Assembly (NCBI GenBank): GCA_965279515.1
Contig: CBDIID010000003.1
Location: 4,352,001 to 4,416,000 of the forward strand
DNA from: Turneriella sp.
GTDB taxonomy: Bacteria > Spirochaetota > Leptospiria > Turneriellales > Turneriellaceae
Reading direction: 5' to 3'
Length of the DNA: 64,000 nucleotides
Shown here: one piece after another, positions 17,857 to 28,910 of the stretch
Position numbering within the stretch: position 1 is the first letter of the stretch
Layout: each line of letters starts with the position of its first letter
The notes under the pieces: generated by a model
What the model saw: only the letters and a program-made list of their open reading frames with translations
Told to the model about the DNA's origin: nothing
Database searches by the model: none
Position numbers and translations under genes: made by a program

Positions 17857-18608
17857 CAGAGACCGATCGCGGCCCCGCCGTCTACGCGGAGGACTACCCC
17901 GGTGATAAAATCGGCTTCGGAAGATGCGAGAAAGCGCACGGCTTTCGCAATGTCGCCCGGTGAACCTTTGTGGGGTAAGGGTGACATTTTTGCCAGCTCT
18001 TCTTTGATTTTATCGTTAAGAACACCGGTCATACCTGTTGGAATGAAACCGGGAGCGATGGCGTTGATGCAGATATTGCGCGAAGCATATTCACGCGCCG
18101 AAGTTTTCGTAAGCGCAATCACACCGGCTTTTGCCGAAGCGTAGTTCGCCTGACCGGGGCTACCGACGAGACCTGCGACGGACGAGATGTTGACGATTTT
18201 GCCGTATTTGGCTTTCATCATGACTTTGGTTGCCGCCTGAATGCCGAAGAACACGCCCTTGAGGCAGACATTCTGTACGAGGTCCCAGTCTTCTTCAGAC
18301 ATGCGCATGAAGAGATCGTCGCGCAGAACGCCGGCGTTGTTAACCCAGATGTCGAGGCGGCCGAGCTTTTCGACGGCTGCTGCAGCGAGCGCGGTATTGT
18401 CGGCTTTTTTTGTGACGTTGGCCGCGAAACCGATAGCTTTCACACCGTATTTGGCAGCGATCATCGCTGCGGTTTTATCGCAATTTTCCTGGCTGATATC
18501 GGAAATGACGATATTGCAACCTTGCTCGGCGAGGTGTTCAGCTGTTGCACAGCCGAGACCTTGGGGTGATGCGGAACCTGTGATTACCGCGACTCTGTCT
18601 TTGAACAT
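17856..18608 (-). CDS. fabG: 3-oxoacyl-ACP reductase (SDR)
   Basis: Motifs TGSASPQGLG, NNAGVLRDDLFMRM, NISSV, GQANYASAKAG and INAIAPGFI. Confidence 0.85.
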   Translation of the reverse strand: MFKDRVAVITGSASPQGLGCATAEHLAEQGCNIVISDISQENCDKTAAMIAAKYGVKAIGFAANVTKKADNTALAAAAVEKLGRLDIWVNNAGVLRDDLFMRMSEEDWDLVQNVCLKGVFFGIQAATKVMMKAKYGKIVNISSVAGLVGSPGQANYASAKAGVIALTKTSAREYASRNICINAIAPGFIPTGMTGVLNDKIKEELAKMSPLPHKGSPGDIAKAVRFLASSEADFITGVVLRVDGGAAIGL

Positions 18609-18702
18609 AGCGGTCTGATTAGGCTGTCGAGACAGTTTGTCAAGTTCATTGCTGTAGCGCTTGCTACAATATAAAGCGTGCGACGCCGGCTATGCCAACG
18701 CC

Positions 18703-18732
18703 TTGACGGTGTATTAGCTCAAGCGACATAAT
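18703..18732 (+). promoter_or_regulatory. Sigma-70-like promoter of pyrG
   Basis: TTGACG-N18-CATAAT, 26 nt upstream of the pyrG ATG. Confidence 0.45.
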
Positions 18733-18758
18733 CCGGGCGCAGTCTGGAGAGCAGTTAT

Positions 18759-20396
18759 ATGAAAAGAACGCGGTACATCTTTGTCACAGGCGGGGTGGCG
18801 AGCTCTCTCGGCAAAGGCGTCTCGATCGCATCGATCGGCGCGCTGCTCGAGGCACGCGGCTTCAAAGTCACGATCCAGAAAATGGATCCCTATATCAACA
18901 TCGACCCGGGCACGATGAGCCCTTTTCAGCATGGCGAAGTCTATGTCACCGAAGACGGCGCCGAAACTGATCTCGACCTGGGCTATTACGAACGTTTTAC
19001 CAGCGCGAATTTGGGCCGCGAAAATTCTGTTTCGACCGGCCAGATCTACCATAGTGTGATCTCGCGTGAGCGCCGCGGCGAATATCTCGGCCGCACGGTG
19101 CAGGTGATTCCGCACATCACCAATGAAATCAAGAACCGCATACAGCTTCTGGCGCAGATGAATCCCGGGTTGGATTTCGTGCTGGTGGAAATCGGCGGCA
19201 CTGTCGGCGATATTGAATCCGTGCCGTTTCTCGAAGCGATACGCCAGTTCCGTCTCGACCAGGGGCAGGAGAACACCATGTTCATCCACCTGACACTCGT
19301 GCCTTCGATCGTCGACGGCGGAGAGATCAAGACGAAGCCGACACAACACTCGGTGAAAGAACTTCTGAAGCAGGGTATTCAACCCGATATTCTCATCTGC
19401 CGCACCACGTCGCCATTAGATGCCGAAGTGAAAGAAAAGATTTCGCTGTTTTGCAATGTTTCTAAAAAACGCGTTTTCTCTGCGCCCGACATAGAGCATA
19501 CGATTTACGAGATTCCCCAGATTTTTCACAGCGAAGATCTCGATCGCGAAATTTTGCAATACTTCCATATGGAAAACCAGTCGGGGGAGTACCTGCTGAA
19601 CCTCAACCCCATGCTGGCGAAGTGGGACCAGGTCGTCGATGTCTTCAAACATCCCCGACACCATGTGAAGATTGCCGTTGTCGGCAAATACATGGCGCTG
19701 CACGATGCCTACCGCTCACTCTATGAAGCGCTGACGCATGGCGGCTTTCCCCGGCATATAGCCGTGGAGTTTATCAAAATTGATTCCGAGAAAGTGGATA
19801 CCGGGAATTTTGAAGAGTTGCTTGAGAATGCGCAGGGGATTCTGGTTCCCGGCGGTTTCGGCGAGCGCGGTGTCGAAGGTAAGTTGCTGGCGATTCGTTA
19901 TGCGCGTGAGAGAAAGATTCCGTATTTTGGCATCTGTCTCGGCATGCAGTGTGCGGTGATTGAATTTGCGCGGAATATACTGGGCTATAAAGATGCTCAC
20001 TCCACGGAGTTTGATCCCGATTCTACCTACCCGGTGATCAGCCTGATGGAAGAGCAGACTGCGGTGGTGAACAAGGGCGGTACGATGCGCCTCGGGGCTT
20101 ATCCCACGAAACTCGCACAGGGCTCGCTCATGGCGGAATGTTACATGCAATCGCTGATACATGAGCGGCACCGCCACCGTTTTGAATTTAACAACAAATA
20201 CCGTGCGGCCTTTGAAGCGGAAGGTATGCGGCTCTCTGGTTTGTCGCCTGACGAGACTCTCGTGGAGACTGTAGAGCTCGACCGTAAACTGCACCCGTTC
20301 TTTGTCGGTACGCAGTATCACCCGGAATTTAAATCAAAACCATTGCAGCCGCACCCTGTCTTTACACGTTTTATCGAAAAAAGCGCCGGGCTGTGA
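18759..20396 (+). CDS. pyrG: CTP synthase
   Basis: Motifs YIFVTGGVASSLGKG, DPYINIDPGTMSPFQHGEV, KTKPTQHSV, GICLGMQ and QYHPEF. Confidence 0.98.
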   Translation: MKRTRYIFVTGGVASSLGKGVSIASIGALLEARGFKVTIQKMDPYINIDPGTMSPFQHGEVYVTEDGAETDLDLGYYERFTSANLGRENSVSTGQIYHSVISRERRGEYLGRTVQVIPHITNEIKNRIQLLAQMNPGLDFVLVEIGGTVGDIESVPFLEAIRQFRLDQGQENTMFIHLTLVPSIVDGGEIKTKPTQHSVKELLKQGIQPDILICRTTSPLDAEVKEKISLFCNVSKKRVFSAPDIEHTIYEIPQIFHSEDLDREILQYFHMENQSGEYLLNLNPMLAKWDQVVDVFKHPRHHVKIAVVGKYMALHDAYRSLYEALTHGGFPRHIAVEFIKIDSEKVDTGNFEELLENAQGILVPGGFGERGVEGKLLAIRYARERKIPYFGICLGMQCAVIEFARNILGYKDAHSTEFDPDSTYPVISLMEEQTAVVNKGGTMRLGAYPTKLAQGSLMAECYMQSLIHERHRHRFEFNNKYRAAFEAEGMRLSGLSPDETLVETVELDRKLHPFFVGTQYHPEFKSKPLQPHPVFTRFIEKSAGL

Positions 20397-20402
20397 CCTG
20401 CG

Positions 20403-20888
20403 GTGAGTAGCGCAGCGTACCGAACCGTGCTCTTCGATGAACATAAATTATTTGCTGAAGAAATAGAAGAGCTTTGGCGTGAAATGAACGCTATGAAGGC
20501 GAAAGCGACGTTACCGCTGGAAATCCCCCCGCCGAGTTTCCGTGATATGGAGGGGGAGTTCTGGCGTTACCGTTCCCGCAAGGCGATCCTGGTTAAATTT
20601 CCCGTCCTCGCGAAACAGCTGAACCCGATTGGTGTTATGCAGGGTGGCTTTATGGCAGCGGCTTTTGACAATACTCTGGGTCCCCTTTCGTATGCTGCCG
20701 CGCAAAAGCCTGCCGTGACGCTCGACATGTCGCAGACATACCTGCGCGCGGCGCGCGCCGGCGACATTCTCTGCTGCGAGGCTGAGGTTGTGGCGCGCGG
20801 GCAAAGGACGCTTTATATGACAGCGTCGATGTACGATGCGCGTAAAAAGCTGATTGCCACCGCGCAGACACAGATTCTGATTCTATAA
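20403..20888 (+). CDS. PaaI family (hot-dog) thioesterase
   Basis: Motifs NPIGVMQGGFMAAAFD and TLDMSQTYLRA. Confidence 0.85.
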   Translation: MSSAAYRTVLFDEHKLFAEEIEELWREMNAMKAKATLPLEIPPPSFRDMEGEFWRYRSRKAILVKFPVLAKQLNPIGVMQGGFMAAAFDNTLGPLSYAAAQKPAVTLDMSQTYLRAARAGDILCCEAEVVARGQRTLYMTASMYDARKKLIATAQTQILIL

Positions 20889-20889
20889 A

Positions 20890-22287
20890 ATGCCGGAAAG
20901 GATTCTGCTCTTGGGTGCCGGCGGAAAGACCGGCGAATCGTATGCGCGGCTTTTACAGTCGCACGGCCACCATGTGCTCTGGTATGACAAAAATCCGGAC
21001 CAGGCGCCGAAAAACCTGGAGCCAGGGCTTCTGACACATGTCGCTTCGGCTGCATTGGTGTTTTCAGCGCTCAGGGATAGCTTTGATACCCTGACGCTCA
21101 CCCCGGGAGTTCCTCTTGCGCAGGCCTTTATCCAGGAAGCGCGCGCAGCCGGGAAGCGTGTGATTTCCGAAGTCGCCTATACTGCACCTTACCTCGCGGA
21201 TTTTAAAATTGTCGGTATCACCGGAACCGACGGTAAGAGTACAACGACTACGCTGATCGCGCAAATACTCCGCGGCCTGGGACACGAGGCGATGGAGTGC
21301 GGTAATTTTGGCGTGCCGCTCTCAGAGATTGCGCTTGAGCGTGATAAATTTCACGGCAAGATTCTTGTCTGCGAGCTTTCGAGCTACCAGCTCGAAGAGC
21401 CGGGAGAGCTGAGACTCGATGCCGGTATTTTTCTGAACCTCGCGCCTGACCATTTGAACCGCTATGCCGGTGTCGAAGAGTATGGCCGCGCCAAGTGGAA
21501 TATTGCGCGCTGTCTTAAGGGTGACGCGCCCCTGGTCGTTGCGCAAAATCTCTTGCCCGGCAAAACGGCATACTGGAAAGATAAGCATCCGCTGGTGGAT
21601 TTCACGCATCCGTTGATTAGCGTCGATACGGAACATCTGACCTCGAGACATTTCAGCGTGACCGGCGATATGGTGCGCAACGCCGAGGTAACACTGGGTG
21701 ATCTCGCGCGTTCGGCGATTGCCGGCAAACATAACTACTCGAATCTGCTTTTTGCCCTGGAGGCCGTGCGTGGGCTGTTGGGAGAAAATTTTGCGGTTAA
21801 CCTCGACGCCGTATTTGCTGCTATTAAGCCGCTGCCACACCGCTTTGAGCTGATACCGCAGACGGCGCTGCCGCAGGTTACCTTCATCAACGATAGCAAG
21901 GCAACGACCACACAGGCAACTATGACGGCGCTGCAAAATACCAGGCAGCCGGTATTTATCTTTTTAGGCGGGCAAGGAAAGGGAGAGCGCTACCTCAGTC
22001 TTGGAGAAAAACTCAACGCCCTTAAAGCGCATGCCTGCATATTCGGGGAATGCCGCAACGACATGGCCGCCGACTTTACGCAGGTGGGTTTTACCAATTT
22101 TACGCTGCACGAGAATCTTTTTAAGGCCTTTCACACCGCCAAGCGTATGGTCGTGCAGCAGAAACTGCCACACGCGACGCTATTGTTGTCTCCCGCAGTC
22201 ACATCATGGGATCAGTTTTCGAGCTTTGAAGAACGCGGGGATTATTTCCGATCGCTGGTCGCAGCGCTCGGGATCGAAACTAAATAA
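20890..22287 (+). CDS. murD: UDP-N-acetylmuramoyl-L-alanine--D-glutamate ligase
   Basis: Motifs GITGTDGKSTTT, ELSSYQLE, NLAPDHLNRY, PHRFE, INDSKATT and LSPAVTSWDQFSSFEERG. Confidence 0.95.
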   Translation: MPERILLLGAGGKTGESYARLLQSHGHHVLWYDKNPDQAPKNLEPGLLTHVASAALVFSALRDSFDTLTLTPGVPLAQAFIQEARAAGKRVISEVAYTAPYLADFKIVGITGTDGKSTTTTLIAQILRGLGHEAMECGNFGVPLSEIALERDKFHGKILVCELSSYQLEEPGELRLDAGIFLNLAPDHLNRYAGVEEYGRAKWNIARCLKGDAPLVVAQNLLPGKTAYWKDKHPLVDFTHPLISVDTEHLTSRHFSVTGDMVRNAEVTLGDLARSAIAGKHNYSNLLFALEAVRGLLGENFAVNLDAVFAAIKPLPHRFELIPQTALPQVTFINDSKATTTQATMTALQNTRQPVFIFLGGQGKGERYLSLGEKLNALKAHACIFGECRNDMAADFTQVGFTNFTLHENLFKAFHTAKRMVVQQKLPHATLLLSPAVTSWDQFSSFEERGDYFRSLVAALGIETK

Positions 22288-22741
22288 CGGTCAGCGACTG
22301 AAGAATTTTACCGACCAGCGCAGCTTCTTGCGGTTCAGGCTCACCCTTGCAGTTGTAGAGGGCGAGCACGAAGATGCGGTTGCGCTCTGCCATGAGTGCG
22401 AGGTAAAAATGACCGCCGTTGCGGTATTCGCAGGCGCCCATTTGGGTATTATCGCGCTCAAAGAACTGCGCGGCTTCGTTTGAAACTCCCTGCTTGCTGA
22501 GGAACAGGGCGAGTTTGTCCGGTATGTCTTTACCGATCAGAAAGGGCGATTGACTTACCAGTTCGCGGTTCTCCGCGCCGGCAAGGTTTGCCGCCATCAG
22601 CTGCAGCACACCGCCCGTGCCATAGGGATTGATACCATCGAAAAAACTGGGAATCCCTTCGATGACCTCCATCTCCCACGTGCGTGGGTATTCCAGGGAA
22701 TACCAGTTTTCGGGAGAAACGAAGGTTTGTGTAGAAGCCAT
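22280..22741 (-). CDS. Hypothetical protein (DUF3805/PsbP-like)
   Basis: N-terminus FVSPENWYSLEYPRTWE resembles DUF3805-type proteins. It starts 1 bp after the argG stop. Confidence 0.55.
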   Translation of the reverse strand: MASTQTFVSPENWYSLEYPRTWEMEVIEGIPSFFDGINPYGTGGVLQLMAANLAGAENRELVSQSPFLIGKDIPDKLALFLSKQGVSNEAAQFFERDNTQMGACEYRNGGHFYLALMAERNRIFVLALYNCKGEPEPQEAALVGKILQSLTVI

Positions 22742-22742
22742 A

Positions 22743-23969
<1,227 letters not shown>

Positions 23970-24009
23970 ACATCCGCATTGGAGAGGCGAAACACGCCGT
24001 AAATGAATC

Positions 24010-25635
24010 TCAGTAGGGGAGTTGGAGCACCTTCGCCCGGTTATTGCCGCCGTCGGCGGCCCAGATATAGCCGTTGTCAAAAATCAGGCCTTTCACGAGA
24101 TTGAAGGTTGTTTGCGTTGTACCGGAATTTGCCGTGGTAAACAGGGTTTGGCCGAGCAACTGTTGCGCAGCCTGGCCGTCGCCCGTGATCGGTAGGTCGT
24201 AAAAAACTACCCGGTTGTTGACCTCGTCGGCGATGGCGAGCTTGTTGTTCTGCGCCGCCATGCTGGCGGGAAAATTGAGGCTGGTTGCCGAGGGGCTCGC
24301 AAATCCCTGATTTGCAAGAACTGCGGTCGGACCCGTATGGCCGATGACAAAGGCCGGCCTGGCGTTGGAAACCGTGGGTATCGTGGTAAAAACCAGAACG
24401 CGGTGATGGCCGGTATCCGCGACATAAAGCCTGTTCGAATAGACCAGAACGTCATACGGAGTACTCATGTAATCGGTATTGGCGCCAAAGGTATAATCGG
24501 CACCACCCGTACCGGTACCGGTAAAATTCGACTGTCCGATTACAAAGTCCGCGCCGGCAGCGGTTGTGGTGGGCAGGGAGTTAAAGACGACAACGCGGTT
24601 GTTATCTTTATCGGCGATATAAAGTTTGCCGGCAATAGCATGCGTTGCGTAAGGGTGGTTCAAATTGCGGGAATCTCCCGCACCAAATGCATTGGCGGTA
24701 TTATTGCCCATGCTGTTTTGCCCCAAAACAAAATCTGCCGTTGCGCCGTGTGTTTTAGGAATCGTATTGAAACCGAGAACGCGGTTATTCTGGTTATCGG
24801 TGACATAGAGTACGCCGGCGTTTGAGACTGAGGCGTGTACGGGTTCGTTAAAACCCTGGTCATTGGCAACCGCGCCGGCACCGGCATTCATGCCGCTGGC
24901 AGTAAAGCTGGTTTGCCCGACAACCACATCTGCCGCGGCAGTTGCCGAGGCGGGAATCTGGTTGAAGATGAGCACCCGGTGGTTTCCGCGGTCTGCGACG
25001 ATGTATTTAAAGCGGTAGTTGTCGTTCGGGTCGATATAGACCCCGTGGCTATAGGGATTTGAGGCGCCGTTCGCAGCAACGGTACCGCCGCGGTTGGCTG
25101 TACCCGAGGTGAAGTTGGCCTGCAGCACCGGGAATGCCACCGCCGCACCGCTGTCGATATTGGCGCCACCGCCGCCATAACTTTCGTTAAGCTGTGAAAC
25201 TGCAGCACTGAGTGCCGCGGAGAGACCCGTTGCAAAATTTTTCACGAGCGCTGCCGATTTGTATGCTGCAGTATCCTGCGCGCAGATCACGATATCTTTT
25301 CCATAGAGGACAACATCGTCGTAGCTCAACTGAATGGCAGCGCTGTTCGTTGCAGCCTTGATGAGTGTTCCGCTTGTCCCCGTGCCGCCGGCGATGCGGC
25401 TACCATTACAATCCGCTGCGTGCAGAATGCGGAAACTACCATTTCGGTCGACGGTGAAAGAAAGCGAGAAGGTGACAAGGCGGGTATTTGCTGAATAGCC
25501 CGGCGAAGCCGTGGTATCGGATTGAATCCGGATGCTCAGGTCTTTATCTTCGTCAGTGAATTGCTGTAGGTACTGGCCGCAGGCGAAAACGCCAGGCAGT
25601 AAAAAGGCGCCGGCAAAGGGGGAAATCCGCCTCAT
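24010..25635 (-). CDS. NHL-repeat beta-propeller lipoprotein
   Basis: Lipobox LPGVFA-C. Repeated ADxxN(H/N)RVLxFxxxP...ADxVxGQ units. Confidence 0.85.
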   Translation of the reverse strand: MRRISPFAGAFLLPGVFACGQYLQQFTDEDKDLSIRIQSDTTASPGYSANTRLVTFSLSFTVDRNGSFRILHAADCNGSRIAGGTGTSGTLIKAATNSAAIQLSYDDVVLYGKDIVICAQDTAAYKSAALVKNFATGLSAALSAAVSQLNESYGGGGANIDSGAAVAFPVLQANFTSGTANRGGTVAANGASNPYSHGVYIDPNDNYRFKYIVADRGNHRVLIFNQIPASATAAADVVVGQTSFTASGMNAGAGAVANDQGFNEPVHASVSNAGVLYVTDNQNNRVLGFNTIPKTHGATADFVLGQNSMGNNTANAFGAGDSRNLNHPYATHAIAGKLYIADKDNNRVVVFNSLPTTTAAGADFVIGQSNFTGTGTGGADYTFGANTDYMSTPYDVLVYSNRLYVADTGHHRVLVFTTIPTVSNARPAFVIGHTGPTAVLANQGFASPSATSLNFPASMAAQNNKLAIADEVNNRVVFYDLPITGDGQAAQQLLGQTLFTTANSGTTQTTFNLVKGLIFDNGYIWAADGGNNRAKVLQLPY

Positions 25636-25678
25636 TGCCTATGAGACGATCGAGATGGTAGGCAGGCAACTCATTTTG

Positions 25679-25882
25679 TTATTTTTTCAGGATAAACCAA
25701 AGCATGCTGCTCAGTGAGAACACCAGGCAGATGACAAAACCGCCGATGTTGAAGGGGGTTGGGTCTTCGCTCATACGGAAGCCGAAGATGAGCAGCGGAA
25801 TTTTGATGAAGATGATCGAATTGAGGAAGATCATCACCATCGACCGCACGTTAAGCGGTTTTTCTTCTTCGTTTGGGTTCAT
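25679..25882 (-). CDS. Small two-TM membrane protein
   Basis: 67 aa with two hydrophobic helices, directly downstream of nuoH. Confidence 0.65.
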   Translation of the reverse strand: MNPNEEEKPLNVRSMVMIFLNSIIFIKIPLLIFGFRMSEDPTPFNIGGFVICLVFSLSSMLWFILKK

Positions 25883-25900
25883 GGCGCCGCGCTGCGCCGT

Positions 25901-26959
25901 TCAGGAAAAATAAACCCAGAAACCCGCAATGAGCAGGTTGATCATCGCCAGCGGCACGAGTTTTTTCCAGCCCAGGTTCATGAGCTGGTCATAACGAAAG
26001 CGCGGAATCGACCAGCGTACCCAGACAAACAGGAAGACGAAGCCGAAGGCTTTGGCGAAAAAGAATGCCGAGCCGATGAGCGGCGCATACCATGTCGCCT
26101 TGATCCAGTCAGGTATGAAACCCGGGATGTTGTAGCCGCCGAAGAACAGCAACGCCGCCAGCAGCGAGAGCGTAATCATATTCATGTATTCGGCGATGAA
26201 GAACAACGCAAATTTAAAGGCGCCGTATTCGGTGTGGAAACCGACGACGAGTTCGCTTTCGGCTTCAGCGAGGTCAAAGGGCAGGCGGTTGGTTTCGGCG
26301 AACATTGTGACGAGAAAAATTAAAAATGCGATTGCCCCGGGTAGCGTTGCGACAAACCAGCGGTTCTCCTGCGCTTTGACAATGCGCGTCAGGTCAAGGC
26401 TGCCGGCGAGAATGACGACGACGGCGAGGCTTAAGGCCAGAGCCAGTTCATAAGAGATCATCTGCGCGGTTGAGCGCACCGAGCCCAACAGTGCATACTT
26501 GTTATTCGACGACCAGCCCGCGAGCATGATGCCGTAAACTGCCAGTGAGGCCACCGCCGACATATAGAGCAAACCGCCGCCGGGATTCATCACCTGGAAA
26601 ACAAACTCGCGCTGCCCGGTGGCTTCGCGCATAAAATCCGGAAGCTGCGTAAAAACCGGTGTGAAAGGGATCGCCGCCCACAACATAATGGCGGTCGTCA
26701 TCGACAACGCCGGCGCCAGTACAAAAATCCATTTGTCGGCATTGCGTGGTATGGTTTCCTGTTTGGTGAGGAATTTAATACCGTCAGCGAGCGGCTGAAG
26801 CAGGCCCCAAAGTCCCGCGCGGTTGGGCCCGTAGCGGTCCTGTATGTAGCCCGCCCATTTGCGTTCGAGCAAGGTGTAATAGGCCGCGCCGGTCATCATC
26901 GCGCCGAACAGGATAACGATCTTAATCACGACCCAGAGAATTTCACTGTGGTACCACAT
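25901..26959 (-). CDS. nuoH: NADH-quinone oxidoreductase subunit H
   Basis: Motifs LLERK...IQDRYGPNR, LQPLADGIK, RSTAQMISYE, ETNRLPFDLAEAESELVVGFHTEY and PRFRYDQLM. Start at ATG 26959. Confidence 0.96.
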   Translation of the reverse strand: MWYHSEILWVVIKIVILFGAMMTGAAYYTLLERKWAGYIQDRYGPNRAGLWGLLQPLADGIKFLTKQETIPRNADKWIFVLAPALSMTTAIMLWAAIPFTPVFTQLPDFMREATGQREFVFQVMNPGGGLLYMSAVASLAVYGIMLAGWSSNNKYALLGSVRSTAQMISYELALALSLAVVVILAGSLDLTRIVKAQENRWFVATLPGAIAFLIFLVTMFAETNRLPFDLAEAESELVVGFHTEYGAFKFALFFIAEYMNMITLSLLAALLFFGGYNIPGFIPDWIKATWYAPLIGSAFFFAKAFGFVFLFVWVRWSIPRFRYDQLMNLGWKKLVPLAMINLLIAGFWVYFS

Positions 26960-27010
26960 ACTCCCGTCCAACCCCGCTCAGTTAGCGCGCATGTCGAGCA
27001 GAATGATATT

Positions 27011-27946
27011 TCATGTGCTCCACAGCGGAAAAAAACGGAAAAAGAAACTGTAAAACACCGCCTGCTGGTTGAGCGGCCGGTTCCCGAAGATCCGCACTTC
27101 GAGGTTCCTGAGGTATTCCTGCACGAAATTCGCCGCCTGCACGGCCGCAACCGGCGTCATGCGCGTCAGTACAATCGGGGCAACAGGGGGGATCACCCCC
27201 TGGGTCGCCCGGTCGCGGAGCGCGGCCAGCAGAGGCAGGGCCGCAAACGCGAGCGCCCGGTTCTGCCGTGACACAGTCTCTTTTTCGAAGGCTTTTTTGG
27301 GCGTGAGGAAAAGTATCTTTTCCAGGGCGGAGAAATCATCTGCAGTATAAGTCATCTCATCGTAGGCCGTGCGCTGCGCGGCGACGATGCCTTCCATTGT
27401 GTCATCGAGATCGCGTTCACCGGAAAGAAAATAAAAACGCTTCCAGGGATCCGATGGTAAGTTCTCGCCGGCGGAAGGCTCGACGAAGCGCGTGATGATG
27501 GCGCGCGAGCGTATGGTTTCCTTGAGCAGGTCGGCGGTCTGCGCGCTCAGAAAAAAGTAATGCCGCAAATTGGGTTCTTCGAGTGTTTTCAGGAGCGCGG
27601 TTTCTGCTTCGTCTTTGATGCCGGCCGCGTTCTGGAAAATAATCACGCGTGCTTCGGATTTCCACGGTGCATAGGGTAATATTTTCCGCAGCAGGTGCCG
27701 CACCGTGCCTTCGGGGGCTTCCTTTTCCGGGCCGATCAGTACGCTCTCTCCCGCAAATTCCACAAGATCGGGATGCCGGCCTTCATTGACGAGTGTCGAG
27801 GTGAGCGCTTCGCTGTCGGCTTTTTCACGTCGGTTGAGGTGCAGAATGTCGCGGCCGAGATGGCGCAGGTAAGCGGCCTTCGCGGGTGAAGTATCGCCCT
27901 CGAAGATCACCGTCTGCGGCGCGTTCTGGGCCGTAATCTTCAGCAT
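27011..27946 (-). CDS. holB: DNA polymerase III delta-prime-like clamp-loader subunit (divergent)
   Basis: Motifs GRHPDL, AETALLKTLEEP and LKETIRSRA (SRC-like). The Walker A and Zn-finger regions are degenerate. Confidence 0.7.
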   Translation of the reverse strand: MLKITAQNAPQTVIFEGDTSPAKAAYLRHLGRDILHLNRREKADSEALTSTLVNEGRHPDLVEFAGESVLIGPEKEAPEGTVRHLLRKILPYAPWKSEARVIIFQNAAGIKDEAETALLKTLEEPNLRHYFFLSAQTADLLKETIRSRAIITRFVEPSAGENLPSDPWKRFYFLSGERDLDDTMEGIVAAQRTAYDEMTYTADDFSALEKILFLTPKKAFEKETVSRQNRALAFAALPLLAALRDRATQGVIPPVAPIVLTRMTPVAAVQAANFVQEYLRNLEVRIFGNRPLNQQAVFYSFFFRFFPLWST

Positions 27947-27952
27947 CAGCTG

Positions 27953-28900
27953 TTAGCCATGCTGGCTACCAGCCGGCTGGTAGACGGGGGTCAGCCAGTG
28001 CATGTATTCGGGCATTTCACCGGATACCAGGGAGAAGAAGCGCTGCTGGATCTTCGCCGTTATCGGGCCGATTTTGCCGTCGCCGATCTGGCGGCGGTCG
28101 ATGCTTTCGATCCAGGCGATTTGCGCCCCAGTGCCGCAGAAGAAGACTTCGTCGGCGACATAGAGTTCGGTGCGGCTGATATCGCGCTCTTCGCTGGCGA
28201 GGCCCAGATCGGCGGCCAGCTGCAGAACACTGCGCCGCGTAATACCTTCGAGAATCGCCGAAGCGGTGCCGGGTGTGATGAGCTTGCCGTTGCGGATGAT
28301 GAAAATATTTTCCGCTGAACCTTCGGAAACCATGCCGCGGTGGTCCAGGAAGATCGCCTCGTCAAAACCGTTTTCGAGCGCTTCAGATTTTGCCAGCGCC
28401 GAATTGATATAACCGCCGGTGGCCTTCGCTCGCGCGGGAATCTGGTTGTCTGACAGGCGCACCCATGAGGATACCTGAACATTCATGCCGCGTTTGGTGT
28501 CGAGGTAGTCGTTTAGAGGGATAGCATAAAGCGCAAATTTATCTTCGACATTGTGGAGGCGCGGCGACATCGAGAGGTCTGATTTATAGATGAACGGACG
28601 CAGGTAGCAGTTCTCTTTCCATTCACCGTCGCGCAGCATCTGGAGCGTGATGTTTTTGAATTCCTCATACGGCATCGCCCAGTGCATGCGCAGAATTTTC
28701 GCCGACTGCCTCAGGCGTGTGTGGTGATCTTCAAGGCGGAAAAGGAAGAGATTTTTTTTATTTGCATTGTAGTATGCGCGCATGCCGCCGAAAAAAGCCG
28801 TGGCATACTGCAGCGCATGCGTCCGGATATTTACATTGGCGTCTTTGAGCGGAACAAATTTCCCTTCAAAGTACGCCGGCTTTTTTTCAAATTCTTCCAT
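27953..28900 (-). CDS. ilvE: Branched-chain amino acid aminotransferase
   Basis: Motifs HALQYATAFF, YLRP, AKATGGYINS, SEGSAENIF, LEGITR and DEVFFCGT. Start at ATG 28900. Confidence 0.93.
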   Translation of the reverse strand: MEEFEKKPAYFEGKFVPLKDANVNIRTHALQYATAFFGGMRAYYNANKKNLFLFRLEDHHTRLRQSAKILRMHWAMPYEEFKNITLQMLRDGEWKENCYLRPFIYKSDLSMSPRLHNVEDKFALYAIPLNDYLDTKRGMNVQVSSWVRLSDNQIPARAKATGGYINSALAKSEALENGFDEAIFLDHRGMVSEGSAENIFIIRNGKLITPGTASAILEGITRRSVLQLAADLGLASEERDISRTELYVADEVFFCGTGAQIAWIESIDRRQIGDGKIGPITAKIQQRFFSLVSGEMPEYMHWLTPVYQPAGSQHG

Positions 28901-28910
28901 CAAAATTTCC

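Noticed and set aside
18733..18758. GGGC near the pyrG promoter suggesting Bacillus-type reiterative-transcription attenuation
   Set aside because: The leader is only about 26 nt, has no terminator hairpin, and GGGC is too close to the -10 box.
23970..24080. Extended N-terminus of argG; the same applies to ilvE 28901-29026 and the OppD-like gene 60878-60949
   Set aside because: The extensions overlap upstream genes and lack family similarity, so downstream ATGs were used.
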